Shown here: positions 1 to 12,780 of the stretch, piece by piece
Layout: every line of letters starts with the position of its first letter
Position numbering within the stretch: position 1 is the stretch's first letter
Source: Sminthopsis crassicaudata
Taxonomy: Eukaryota
Assembly (NCBI RefSeq): GCF_048593235.1
Contig: NC_133617.1
Location: 627,296,958-627,360,957 of the forward strand
Reading direction: 5' to 3'
Length of the DNA: 64,000 nt
The notes under the pieces: generated by a model
Told to the model about the DNA's origin: nothing
What the model saw: the letters and a program-made list of their open reading frames with translations, nothing else
The model's database searches: none
Program-made: the position numbers and the translations under genes

Positions 1-149
1 AATAGCTTGGAACAGATGATCAACATTACTTAAGATTTTAACTCCCTGAAAATTAGAATGGGTCTGACAGAAAGCAATGCCTTTCTCATGTGAGAAATAT
101 TAAAGCAAAAATCAGACATAAGGTAGAATAGAAGCGAAGAAAATGTAAG

Positions 150-460
150 TTATGTTACCAAAGGACAATTGACCTAGAAAACAGTTCAAGGAGAGAACTC
201 AGAGTTCTTTGAATCAACAACTATCTGAAAATCATACCTAAAAAATCCTGGCTACCTTCTTTCAAAAAACGTCTTAAATGAAAACAACCCAAATCTTTTA
301 GGACTAGGAGGGTGAAGCAACAACAACAATAGCAAAAGGTTAGATAGAAAGAATCCATTGGTCACCTCCTGAAGGAAACCTCAAAAGAAACACTTCCAGA
401 AACATCAAAGCCAAAAGCCAGTGCTTCCAGTTCAAAGAAAAATTGGACCATTTATTTTAA
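150..460 (+). mobile_element. Degenerate L1/HAL1 ORF1 fragment
   Basis: Decayed sequence resembling marsupial L1 ORF1 (e.g. ggtcacctcctgaagg...ccagaaacatcaaagccaaa), similar to the better-preserved ORF1 piece at 17240-17340; boundaries approximate. Confidence 0.5.
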
Positions 461-1259
461 TGCACAATGGAGCACAGAAAGAATCACAGAAATAATTAGT
501 CCAGCAAGACAGTTTTGAAAGTCACATGTTGAAATTGCTATGTATTTTAAAAGAAATTGGTACCATTTTGTGTGCAATCTTCTTTTTTCTGTTTTGCTGT
601 TATATGGAAAAGCTCATTTATTTTGGTGTTTGTTAAATTCAAAATAAAAATTATTCTTTTTAAAAATGACCATTAAATCCCTAAAATATCTTATCTTTAC
701 TTCATAAATTCCTTGAGTATAGGATCTGTTTTGTTTTAGAGTTTGTATTACTAGAAACACAGTACCATGCACAGAGTAGATATTTAATAAATGATTGCTA
801 TTGAAATGAGAGTTCCAAAATGAAAGGATGTCCAAAATATTTTTCAGTTCAAATATTCTATTATTATTCTCATAGTCTACTCTAATTTTACATTTCAATT
901 TCACAACCATATGCTTACCATATGCTTTTCTGCCATAGAAAAACTTTTTCCTGGGAATCTACTTCTTGATTGGTGACTACTTTTCCCAAACTACTATTTC
1001 AAGAAAAGCCCTAGCTATGTCACTTCATTCCCAATATTCCAGCTATCTTCTCCCCACCAGTCTCCTTGTCCTCCCTTAAATATTCTTTCTCTTCCTTCTT
1101 CCCTTCCTCCCTCAATTCTGGAATCATCATCAAATCAATTTTGTCATTGTTCCTTCTTTATCTATACCTTTCCTCAACACCTGGTCCTATGTATCTAGCA
1201 CATCAGAACATGGAAATTTATAAATAGAGGCCTGCTCATATTTTGTGTTTTTTTTTTTT

Positions 1260-2940
1260 AAACTGGCAATAGAATAGTGAAATAACAATATTCAAGAGAA
1301 AACAATTACAAATATAAAAAGAGGTAAAGTGAGACTAAAGAAAAACTATCTCTATTTGCTGATGACATAACAATGCACAAGAAAATCTTAGGTTATTAAC
1401 AAAGATACTAATTAGGATGGTAACTTCATCAAATTTACAATCTACAAAAGAAATCCTCAAAATTCAATAGCATTTCTAGATGATAATAATAAAATCTAAG
1501 AAGCAATAATAGAAAGAGAAATCCCAAACAAAACAACAACTACTACCACAAAATACATATCTGGGGATCAACCTACCAAACCCCATAAAATACTCGGAGA
1601 TTCAATTCCAAAGTACTCTTTAAATAAAGAAACTTAAGTATCTAGAAATATTCATTGCTTATGACTATCAATATAGCAAAAAAAAAAAAAAAAGAAGAAG
1701 GTAATACTACCTAATTTACAATTACTTTAAGATTAAAGATCATCAATGATGGACAGAAACAACTACACCCAGAGAAGGAACACTGGGAAGTGAATGTAAA
1801 TTGTTAGCACTACTGTCTATCTACCCAGGTTACTTATACCTTCAGAATCTAATACTTAATGTGCAACAAGAAAATGGTATTTACACACATATATTGTATC
1901 TAGGTTATATTGTAACACATGTAAAATGTATGGGATTGCCTGTCATCAAAGAGAGGGAGTAGAGGGAGGGAGGGGGTAATTTGGAAAAATGAATACAAGG
2001 GATAATGTTATAAAAAAAAAAATTACTCATGCATATATACTGTCAAAAAAATTTATAAATAAAACTTAAAAAAAGATTAAAGATCATAATATAAAAAAAA
2101 TTAAAAATTAGAAGAAAAACAGATTATATATCTCTCACAGCTATGGCTAGATGTTTCCTAAACAAAGGATAGAAACAATTAAAAAAGATAAAATAGATAA
2201 TTTTGATTATATGAAATCAAAAACTTATGCAAACACAAAAATAATGCACTTAAAATAAGAAGGGAAGTGGTCAAGTGGGGAAAATCTTTGAATCAAATTT
2301 CTCTGATAAAGGTTTATGGTATTCAAGCTATGTAGACAATTAACATATAATCTATAAGACCACAAAATTAGTTTTTATTTCCCTATAAACAACTGACCAA
2401 AGAGTATGAACAAATAGTTCTCAAAAGAAAAATCACAAATTAATAAACATGCAAGAATGTACCAAATCCTTAATAATAAAAGAAATGTAAATCAAAACGA
2501 CCCTGAGATTTCACCTCAGATCTTGCAAAGTGCCAAAGATGACAAAAGATGGGAACAGTCTATGGCTAAGAAATTGTGGGGTGAAAAGCTCACCATATAT
2601 TATTGATAGAGCTGTGAATCAATACAATCTTGTTTAAAAATAATTTTGAATTGTGTAAATAAAGTGACTAAAATGTCCATACCCTTTTACTGTAAGATTC
2701 CATTGCTAGTTTCATGGTCCAAGAAAGCTATTGTTAAAAAGAAACTCCTTATATGCACCAAAACATTTATAGTCACATTTTTTTGTGATAAAAAAATAAT
2801 TGAAAATAAAATAGATGCTTGTCAACTGAAGAATTGCAAAACAAGTTGTGGACATGAATATAATAATACTATAAAAACAATGAATATAGAGAAACATGTA
2901 AAAATCTACATAAATTGAGGCAGAATGAAACAAGCAGTCA
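1260..2940 (+). mobile_element. Old L1 ORF2 fragments interrupted by a younger L1 3' end
   Basis: Remnants of the L1 RT region (tctatttgctgatgacata = LFADD-like) and C-terminal motifs (gagatttcacctca); many stops and indels. Confidence 0.7.
1744..2072 (+). mobile_element. 5'-truncated young L1 (3'UTR only) with 15-bp TSD
   Basis: TSD aagattaaagatcat at 1729-1743 and 2073-2087; A-rich tail; sequence matches the 3'UTR of the L1 copies at 13455-14299 and 20856-22213. Confidence 0.85.
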
Positions 2941-3289
2941 AGAAAATTTATAAATTTTATAAAATGGGTAGAAAATGTAAGTGGAAAAAAACTACCTTAA
3001 AGAAAAAAAAAAATGTTGCAAATTACAAAGAACAATCATGAGATAATGAAAAAAAATCCCCCAATCATTCTCTTGCAAAAGTGTATGTTGCACATATTTT
3101 CAGAGTTTTTCAATGTATTGATCTGATTTATTCATTTACTTATAGCATCAATTATTTTCCTTTTCTTTTTTTATTTAAAAAAAATGTTATTTATTGTGTG
3201 GAATGGATCTCTAGAAGGGGCTTGGGCAGGAATACTGGGGAAATTATGGTGATGTTTAAGAAAAAACATCATCAATTGTTTTTAAAGAA

Positions 3290-3420
3290 AGAGTACTAGA
3301 TTTGGAATCAGAAGACAGGATTTAAAGTTATGTTCTGCCACTTACTACCTAAGGCAAGTAATCAACCTCTCTGAGCCTTGGGTTCCTCAATTGAAAAATG
3401 AGAGGATTAGATAGCTAAGA
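3290..3420 (+). mobile_element. MIR/CORE-SINE fragment
   Basis: CORE motif ggcaagtaatcaacctctctgagccttgggttcctcaattgaaaaatgag; similar fragments at about 4200-4310, 5290-5460 and 24000-24200. Confidence 0.6.
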
Positions 3421-6109
3421 ATAAGGATTATTAATCTGGTGAGTAGGTAGATTCATGGACTTGGGTGGGGGAAAAAAACTTTATTTCAATAAAATTGGGT
3501 TTCCTTTGTAATCCTTTGTCTTTTTTTTAATGCATATAAAAACATTCTTCTGAGAAAGGGCCCATAGGCTTCATAGGCCTACCAAAGGATCCAATGATAC
3601 AATAAAGACTAAGTATCCCTGATTTGAAAGACCATTTCCATCTCTAAATCTATGTTCCTATGAACACTATGTGGAGACAATTTATATTATTAAATATTTT
3701 ATTTGTATTGTACATTCAGATTTAGTATTTGTATAGTTAGAAAAACATAATAAATTATTAATGTTATTAAATATAATATGATCTAAGAAAATTATCTGCA
3801 AGGATTATTTTGTAAGAAAGGAATGGGGCACAATAATTTTTGTAAAAGGAGGTGTTACTACACAAAATTTGGAAACTAGTGAATACTCTGATCACACTGC
3901 ATCTCATCACAGTTTCAAATTACCATGTACTTCTTGTCAGGGTCCTATTCTCAGGACTATACTTAATTGCTCTTACTGTTCTATCTTAAGTATCTAGGAA
4001 CCAGCTCTCACACTACCTACCCTAAAGAACAATGAGTATAGATAATTAAACTGTATAACATGTATGAGAGTTTTAGAGTCAGGAAAATGCTACCAGTTGC
4101 AGACTTTTATGAATCTCTTCCACACATCTACTTGCCTTCCAAATTGGGTGTCCCCCAGACTCTAACTTCCAATCTCCTGCCCTAGCGAAATAGGAATAAT
4201 AATAGTACCGGTTTCCCAGGGTTGTTGTGATGATCAAGTGAAATGATATTTTTAAAGTACTTAACACAGTTCTCAGCATATGTAGATACTTAATAAATGC
4301 TATTTTCTTCCTTCATTATTCAAACTTTGGGACCTAGTTAGTATTTAGATTGAATAAATGAAAGGTAATTGAGGAGGAAAAAGCACTCAAGACTGGAGAA
4401 ACAGGAAAGACCTCAAATAGAAGGTTTTATTTGAGTTTAACTTTGAAGGAATCCAGAAAAACTAAGAGGAAGAAGATAGGTAGCAGAGCACTAGGACCTG
4501 GGCATAGGAGCATAGGAGATGGAGTGCTGTGTTTATCGATGGAAATAGGCCAGTTTGGATCAGAGAGTATGTGGAAATGAGTCAACTGAAAAACTGGAAA
4601 GATAGGAAGCAGCCAAGTTATAAAGAGCTTTAAATGCCAAAAAGTGTGGTTTATGTTTCATTCCGAAGGTCACAGAGAACCATGGGAGCTTGACAGGGCT
4701 AGATGTACGTTCTAGAAAAAATAAAATAAACAACACAACACCTTAGCAGCTGAGCATAGGATGGACAGGAGCAAGGCAAGGAGACCCATTAGACTTATAG
4801 CAAGAGTCTGGGTGAGAGGGTATGAGAATCTATCTAGGGTTTTGACTGTGTGAAGGAAGAGAAAGGGGATTTAATAAGAGATGTGAAAGAAGAGACAACA
4901 AGACTTGACAAAGGATTGGACATGTGGGATGAACTCTTCTCCCAGATATGGACTAAGCCCAGAGAGGTGGGGTGGGTTAAGAAGAGGGAATATTTGAGAG
5001 GTTACATAAGTCTCTAGAAGCAGGGATGGAGGAGATAAGAGAGAGATTAGGGAGGTAGAGGAAGAGAAAGGAAGATGGACACTCAGGAAAAGGGAAGAGG
5101 TAAGGAAAAAGCTATAGAGAGAAAAACAAAAGGAAAGAGAAAGGCAGGAAAAATGAAGAAATGAAAAGTGACAGTGAAGGAGACAGAAAGTAGAAATAGA
5201 CGGGAGAAAGAAGTAAACAGAGAAAAGGGGCCAGGAAGAGGAAGAAAATAATTCTAGCCCAAGCCTCTGAGGCCCACTCAAAGACCTTTAGGCCAGTGGT
5301 ATAGTAGAAACAGAGTTAGATTTGGAATTAGATGACATGGAATTAAATCCTAACTCTAATACTGATGCATGTTCTTAGGCAAGACAATCCAATTTTTAAA
5401 GCTTCAGTTTCCTTATCTGTAAAATGGTGTTAATACTTGTTCCATCTACCTCATAGGAAGGTTATAAATACAACAGGATTACAATTACAGGATTATAAAA
5501 ATTCAAATTGTTTTTATCAGCTCAAGTCTAGGTTAATGCATTTTCTCTGAAGGGATCTAGGCTACATTCTCTCTTTGACTGGACTGTGTCTGTCCCAAAA
5601 GCTAGTAAACAAAATAAGAGTGAAGGAAATAAAGTTGATACAGAGTACTCCTCCTGTCTACTCTCATTTCTCTTTTGTCTGCCTTGACCTCTTCCCTTGC
5701 TGTATTGAGTCCCAGATCAATTCATTTACATTGAGGTGAGAAAGACTGAATATCTTCTGAGACTTTTAAAAGCCTATAGATTAATGTAAAGAAAGAAATC
5801 ACTAATGGTAGAATGTCAGGCATTGTGAAAAGCAGCATAAGAGAAATTTTGGATAGGGTAACCTTTTCCAATACTTTCAATATCATGCTGTTCAGGCTGC
5901 CCCTTCTTCTATCTTTCTTAGACCTCCCCCTCTGCTGCCCATGACTACTCCACCCCATCATCTTGACTCTTTTTGATCTGGGACCCTGGTTCAGCCAGCT
6001 ACAGTCCTGGAAGAAACCCCAAATTGGGAGGGGACCAGTGAGAGATATCCCCCTCTCTATGCCACACCTGACCCTAATGACTTTATAGTATTTGTTCAGG
6101 AGGTGAAGT

Positions 6110-6198
6110 TCGCACGATAAGAAATAGGGGAGGGTCTGGGCCTGAGATAAAAAGGACTTGGCTTTTCACTAAGTTCCCACTATACCAGGATCTGCCAG
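6110..6198 (+). promoter_or_regulatory. ZG16: Putative ZG16 core promoter and short non-coding exon 1
   Basis: GATAAG at 6116-6121, GATAAAAA at 6146-6153 (TATA position), strong donor CAG|GTGAGG at 6198/6199, acceptor ctcctag at 6435 one base before the ATG. Confidence 0.55.
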
Positions 6199-6436
6199 GT
6201 GAGGGGGTAGGGGATGCCTGGTCCTAAATTAGGAGGATGAGTAATCGCTGTAGATTTGTTAGAGGCATGAGTTAGGGTAATGAGGATACCAGAGTTAGGA
6301 AGGCAGACTTGAAGGGCTCTGAGCCAGGGGGTGGGGGTGCCAGGGTCTGGGGTAGCCGGTTAAAAAGCCTAGGACTAAATTAGGAAAGCAGGGTGGTTGG
6401 ATCTTAATGTTCACTCTTTCCTTCTTGACTCCTAGG

Positions 6437-8705
6437 ATGTTGGCTTTGGTTCTCCTTGCCCTGTTCTGTGTCTCAGCTGAATCCGGTAAGTGATCTGTAG
6501 TATAGGATGCCTAATATCAGAGAAGGAACCTGGTTTTTGAGAAGTGTATGGAATAGACATTCAAGCTTGGGTCTGGAGAGGGGGCAGATCTGTGGAAGAA
6601 CTCCTAGGGATGGTGACAGAGCCTTGGTGGAATTGCCACTTTTTTTATCCCCTTTATCAATTGTTTTGTCTCCAGTTCAGCCACGGTCATCCTCCTACAA
6701 TGGGGAGTATGGAGGAGGTGGAGGAGAACGCTTCTCCCACTCAGGCAATCAGTTAGATGGCCCCATCACTGCCATCCGAATCCGGGTCAACAGATACTAC
6801 ATTGTTGGGTAAGAATCCCTAGTGGGGCTGGCCCTCACTATTCATCCCTCTTTTGTTCTTAGATTTCTTCAGTTAATCTTCCACCCCTCTCATTCATCTT
6901 TCCTGTTGTGTTGTTTTTTAATAAAGCATCTCCTTCCAGGGACATATTCCAATCATGAGTCCCAGTCTACCAAGTCTCAGGCATAGTCAGATTCCTTGCT
7001 TTAGGATCCTTCGTTTTGCTTGTTGCCAATATTTGAGGCATTTATATGTAAATACCTATCACTGGCTTCTACCAGGTTTGTCTCCTGTGAATCTTTGGAA
7101 TCTCTATTGCTGTATTTCCTACATTGGCACTATTTTCTACACTAGCTAGTTTATAAAGTCCGGTAGGCAGTTTTATTTTCCTACTTTATTTTCAGCTTTA
7201 ATCCTTTTGATTATATTTGAAAGCTTCCAGGCAAAAACCTTACCAGTCCTTGTTAGATACTCTCTATCCTTGGCCAAAATCACCATTTCATATATTTTAG
7301 GTTAGGGTCCAAAAAACAAAGCTTATTGCCTAACATCTTCCTAACCAGTCAGCCAAACGAAAATTAAATATTAGTTAAGATCCTACTGTGTGCCAGGTAC
7401 TGTGCTAAATGCTGGACCAGGTGTTTATTTCCCAGAATGGCCTTCTCTTCTGAAACTTTTGCCTTTGATTGACGGCACTGAGAGCCTTCAATTTCTTCTC
7501 CCAAACTTCATTAACCCTGACAATGCTTTGAGATTCCTTCTGGTTGTATCATTGGTGACCACATGCATCATAAGAAGTAGTTAGCAGTCAGTGGGTTTGA
7601 AAAGTCTTTGGAGTTTCTCTGTATTCTCCTGGATTCATACCTTGGTTTGTTCTCCTTATTTTTAGTGCCAAGTTAACAAAGAACTGCCTCAAAAATTCAT
7701 TAGCAAGGAAACAGAAACCAAGATTATTCATTTCTTTCTCCTTCAACCTTGACCTGATGATTTCTCTCCTGATAATATCAGTGGACCCAGGGCTCCTAAT
7801 TTGACCCAATACTTTTTATCACTTCTGTGAATTAAATAATGACATCCCTCATTCACTCCCTGTGATTGATAGATGAAAGAATTAGGATCAGGAAATACTA
7901 TGTGACATAATAGCACCTTCTCCCAGGATTGCTGCAAGGATAAGTTAATATTTGTAAAGAACTTTGCAAACTTTAAGGCACTATTTAGATGCTTGCTTAT
8001 TATTATTAAGGGTATAATATTCTATCTAAATATATATCTCCCCTCTATCTGGTACAGTGTTTTATATAGAGTAGGTGCTTGATAGATGTCTGCCATGTTT
8101 ATAATATATAATATTCGGTCTCCCATGGGAGACAGCTAGGTGGCCCAGTGGATAGAGCACCAGCCTTGAATTCAGGAGGACCCAAGTTCAAATCCAGTAT
8201 CAGACACTTAAAACTTCCTAGCTGTGTGACCCTGGGCAAGTCACTTAACCCCAGCCTCAGGGAAAAAAAAATGATAATAATAATAATAATATTCGGTCTC
8301 CCAGCCAGCACATTATTCTGTTTTTCTTGCTCGTAGGATGCTAAATACTTCCCTCCCTTTTTCTTTTCTCCTTCCTCTCCCAACTCCAGCCTCCAGGTCC
8401 GATATGGCAAGGAATGGAGCAACTATGTTGGGGGTTCTCAGGGTGACCTGGAGGAGATTTTCCTGTACCCTGGGGAATCAATCATCCAAGTGTCTGGCAA
8501 ATATAAGTACTACGTTCGGAAACTGGTCTTTGTGACAGACAAGGGCCGCTACCTGCCTTTTGGCAAGGACACAGGCACCAGCTTCAATGCTGCCCCACTG
8601 TACCCCAACACCGTTCTGAGATTCTTCAGTGGCCGCTCTGGCTCCCTCATCAATGCAATTGGCCTACACTGGGATGTTTACCCCAGTGAATGCAGCAGCT
8701 GCTAA
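6437..8705 (+). CDS. ZG16: Zymogen granule protein 16 (secreted jacalin-related lectin), 165 aa
   Basis: Coding exons 6437-6485, 6676-6808, 8390-8705 (498 nt, GT-AG, phases match). Signal peptide MLALVLLALFCVSAES, GG loop EYGGGGGERFSHSGNQLDGPIT, C-terminus GRSGSLINAIGLHWDVYPSECSSC, closely matching human ZG16. AATAAA at 8778-8783. Confidence 0.96.
8126..8285 (+). mobile_element. WSINE1-type marsupial CORE-SINE with 18-bp TSD, in ZG16 last intron
   Basis: tRNA-derived head (cagctaggtggcccagtggatagagc; gttcaaatcc), CORE gtgtgaccctgggcaagtcacttaacc, A/(AAT)n tail; TSD ataatattcggtctccca at 8108-8125 and 8286-8303. Confidence 0.92.
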
Positions 8706-9039
8706 ACATCCGCAGCAAAGAAGTCCTGTCACCTGAGAGCTTCCCCCTCCCCTGCCCCACCTCTACTAATGGTTTCAAATAAAAGGATGTTGCTAAAGCC
8801 AGTGTGTGGAAGTGTGCTTCTGTTGTATGTCTCTAACCCAGAGCAAGTGTACCTATGTTTGTATATGTCTCAAAGGGCAATAATTCTTTCTGATATCAGG
8901 CCAAAGGACACTTGGGAGTATCTCAAACAGTCTTAATCTCTCTGAGCCAGCTTTCTTTTCAATAAAATGAAGATAACAACATCTCTCTTAATTTTACAGG
9001 GTTATGGTTGGGCTCAGGTGAGATAATATAGAGGATTTT

Positions 9040-9041
9040 TT

Positions 9042-9081
<40 letters not shown>

Positions 9082-9092
9082 TTTTTTTTTTG
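9040..9092. repeat. (CTTT)n microsatellite plus poly-T
   Basis: About 10 perfect tttc units seen directly. Confidence 0.95.
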
Positions 9093-9269
9093 TTGTTGTT
9101 TTTGCTGTTTTACTCAGAATTCAATTTGGACTGTGCTTTTTAAGTTGTTTAGAAGGTTGTGTTGAGAGAGCATGGCAAAAAGTGCTTTCTTTACTCTGTC
9201 ATCTAGCTCCCACCTCTCCCTTTCCCGCCTCTATCCCGTTCTCCTTTTTCCCCTACATTTTCTTTAGTG

Positions 9270-9550
9270 TCAGTTATGCTGAATGGCTTTCCCTCCTCAT
9301 CTCTACCTACCACATTCCCTGTGCTTCTTTGAATCCCAACTAAAATCTCACTTTTTACAGGAATTCTTTTCAAATTTAGTGCTGCTCCCGCTTTATCTAT
9401 TTCTTACTTATGCTTATTTTACATATTTGTTTGCTTGTTGTTTCCCTATTGAATTCAGGCTCCTTAAGGGCAGGCACTTTTATTTATTTTTGTATCCCCA
9501 GCTTTTAGCACAGTTCTGGTACCTAGGTTGGTGATTAATAAATTTTTCTT
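9270..9550 (+). mobile_element. L2 3' end fragment
   Basis: Typical L2 tail: ggctccttaaggggcagg...tttgtatccccagcttttagcacagt...ttaataaat. Confidence 0.65.
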
Positions 9551-11049
9551 GATTGTCCACCCTCTGGGAAATCTTCTTTGGAGCCCAGTGCCTTATTGGA
9601 GATTATCCCTGAATGAAGTAATTCTGAGAATGGAAAAAGGTCTATAAGATGAACCAATTAGTTGACTTTCTGGCTACACTCTATATGGTCATTAGGAATT
9701 TCCGGCACTTGGATTCAGCCAACCAACCTCTTCTCTTCAGTTTCTGCAATAGCTAGAAATATCAAAGTGTTGAGGGGTGAGATACCCTAACAGCGATGGG
9801 GGTCCCCAAGCCAGTGTCACAGGTTTTGCAATTGAATTCACAGTCCCAATCTCCAAACATATTTTTTGGAAAATGGGTTTATTAGACTGAGAAATTCCCT
9901 CAGTGAGCTAGTTCCTGATTAGGAATTAGCCAGGATATTTTCTTAAGAGCAATAAAGACCAACAAGGACCACCATTTCCCCAAGAATGAAGGGATAGAAG
10001 TGTTTACCAAACCTGTAATCTTGTTATAGAGGTTGGTTGGTATAGAGGAAGTACCTTCCTTCAGCTCCTCTCCAAGAATCCTGCTCCCCTACTCTTTGTA
10101 CTCTCCTCTTCATCCTAAGACATATTTGTTAGTTTGTTTTTTCCCCTTGCTTGTTCAGCTTTGAAATGGATAGTCAGATAATAGAGATTCAAATCCTACT
10201 TCTAACATTTACTATTTGTGTAATCATGAGCAAATCACCTAAACTAGAGATTCATTTTCCTCTACTAAAGAATGAACATAATCCTGCCCATTGTCGTATC
10301 ACAGAAGATTGGGATAATGCTTAAATGAGTTAGAGTATATAAAGACCTTTGTAAATCATATAGTGCCATACAAATTATCAACTATTATTAAGATTTCTCA
10401 GTCCACACTTGCTGCTACCTACAGTAACCTTCAAGAGACTATGTGACTTCTCTGCTAGGCTTCTAACTTTATCCTCTCTGTTCTGAATCCTAGATGTTCT
10501 TAACCCCAAACCCAGCAATGGTTTTACTAGAAAGAGCAACCAAGGTTATAGAACCAGTTCCAATCTTGGACAAGATACTTCCCCATACTGAGTCACAGTT
10601 TCCTCATATATAAAAAAGGGAGATTAGATTAGATTATCTCAATGGTTCTTTACAAATCTAACATTATATGTGCCTATGATTATCCTTCCCAGAACTGGAT
10701 CCCTAAGATCACTCTCATTCCAAAATTCAGTCATCCTGATCTCAGAAAAGAAGGATGACAGAGGGGTAACCCCTGACCCACAAAGAGAAGGATGATTTAG
10801 GATGATTTTGTAATTCATGGCTCAAGGATCTCCAAATTCCAGATTCACAAAGACTAAGTCTAATTTAGGATCTGGGCTGTAAAAGCAATTTTCACTTTTG
10901 GTTCATTTGCTCCTACCCAGATTTTCTCTGAGTCACCATATGTAGTTTAAATATAGAATATGTCTAGGTTTCTTCAGATGCAGATAACCAAATCCCTAGA
11001 CATTATACAAATATTCAAAGTAATAAATGCATGTCTAGTACAGGATAGT

Positions 11050-11600
11050 ATTTATGTTATCACATAGAAAATATATATCACCCAGCTTTTGGAATAAGAA
11101 GTCACTATTTGACAAAAATTGCTGGGAAAACTGGAAAATATGTCAGAAAATAGGCATTGACATACATCTCACACCTTATTCCATAAGGTCAAAATGGAAA
11201 CAAATTTGCAGAACAAGGGATAATTTACTTATCAGATCTTTGGAGAAGGGAAAAATTTATGACCAAAGAAGAACTAGAGAACATTATAAAAGGCAAAATG
11301 GGCAACTTTGATTACATTAAATTAAAAGGTTTTTGCACAAACAAAACTATCAGAAACAAGACTACAGGGAAAGTACAAATCTGGGGGGGAAATCTTGGTA
11401 TATATAGGCAAGCTTATAATTATTTCTTCAAGAATTCTTGAAATTCCACTATGGCCCCAGATGCTTCCATGTCTTGGACTGGGAAAGAAAAATCTTTATA
11501 GTAAGTATTTCTGAAAATGGTCTCATTTCTAAAATATATAAAGAACTGTGTTAAATTTATAAGAATACAAGTCATTCCCCAATTGATAAACGGTCAAAGG
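11050..11600 (+). mobile_element. L1 ORF2 fragment
   Basis: Translations [29 protein letters not shown] and [12 protein letters not shown] are L1 ORF2 C-terminal motifs; frameshifted. Confidence 0.8.
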
Positions 11601-11973
11601 AACTATCAGAAATTCTTCCCTCTGACCAAATGAGCAACAAAGCTGTGAGTGAGCACCAGGACTTTTGCATTGTTTCTCATCTCTGAGGAAACTGCACTCT
11701 TGGAATTTTTTATAGACGAAGAGAGAGAGAGAAGAATTTGTGAAACAACATTATCAGAATTGAGACTGTCACAGAGATCAGGGTAAAGTGTTCTTCCCCG
11801 GGTATGTTCTGGAGTAGAAAGATATATGATTGGATGAGGAAAAAGTGAAAGCACTATATGTACACTATGATGTTCACTTCCTCTCTTTTTTCCAATGACC
11901 TTTCTTTTGCAGGTTTCTAGAGTCAGAGGGGAGTAGGCAAATGTATAGAGATAACAATTAACAGAGTCAGCAG

Positions 11974-12122
11974 GGGGCAGCTAGGTGGTGCAGTGGATAG
12001 AGCACTAGCCTTGAATTCAGGAGGACCTGAGTTCAAATTTGATCTCAGACACTTAACACTTCCTAGCTGTGTGACCCTGGGCAAGTCACTTAATCCCAGC
12101 CTCAAAAAAAAAACCACAAAAA
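11974..12122 (+). mobile_element. WSINE1-type SINE with 14-bp TSD
   Basis: Full-length SINE with poly-A; TSD aacagagtcagcag at 11960-11973 and 12123-12136. Confidence 0.92.
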
Positions 12123-12569
12123 AACAGAGTCAGCAGGTCCAGAAGATAAAGTGACTGGAGTCCAGCACATCTGAAAAAGCAGCAGCAGAGACAAGAGCTG
12201 AGAGTCCGAGGAGAAAAAAGATCCAGAGTAGCAGAAACTAGCAGCCACTATGTATCACATTTGGAGTGGTAAGATAGGAAACTGATTTCAACCACTGTCT
12301 TCACTGTCTCTAATTATGAACCCTGAGAGAGGAATAAGAATCTGATTCCTTTCTCATGAGCCACAGATTAGGATGATTAGGATTCATCTCTGAACCACAT
12401 CTGGAAAGATAACTGGGAGACGTTTTAGAAATCATCAGGAAAAGGATGACACCATTCAGAAATATGTTATCTAGCTCTATTTCAGTTTACTCTATTATGA
12501 ATAATAAACTATAAGATCATAACATGTCTCCAAATCTATAGATACAATCTGCAGTGAAATGGGAAATAG

Positions 12570-12780
12570 ATGTCTTAATGAATAGAGTATTGATCCTGGA
12601 GTCAGGAAGAACTGAGTTCAAATCTGGCCCCAGCTATTTAGTAGCTATATAATTGTGGATTAGTCACTTAACTCAGTTTCCTTATCTGTAAATTGAGTTG
12701 GAGAAGGAAATAGTAAACCACTTCAGTAGTACCTTTGCCAAAGAAAATCCCAAACAGGAACATGACTGAACAACAAAAAC
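12570..12780 (+). mobile_element. Mar1-like CORE-SINE with RTE/BovB-like tail
   Basis: CORE followed by ttggagaaggaaatagtaaaccacttcagta...atgactgaacaacaa. Confidence 0.6.

Noticed and set aside
4871-5281. 136-aa Ser/Leu/Phe-rich minus-strand ORF
   Set aside because: Low-complexity translation of a purine-rich, probably L2-derived tract; no splice or start support.
6065-6100. PTF1 (acinar) bipartite site in the ZG16 promoter
   Set aside because: E-box CACCTG is present, but there is no TTTCCC-type TC box at the required spacing.
8148-8336. tRNA-like A/B boxes and recurring short ORFs (e.g. 8148-8336, 11923-12117, 30481-30762)
   Set aside because: These are WSINE1 copies with CORE, tail and TSD. 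They are not tRNA genes, and the similar peptides simply reflect the shared repeat.
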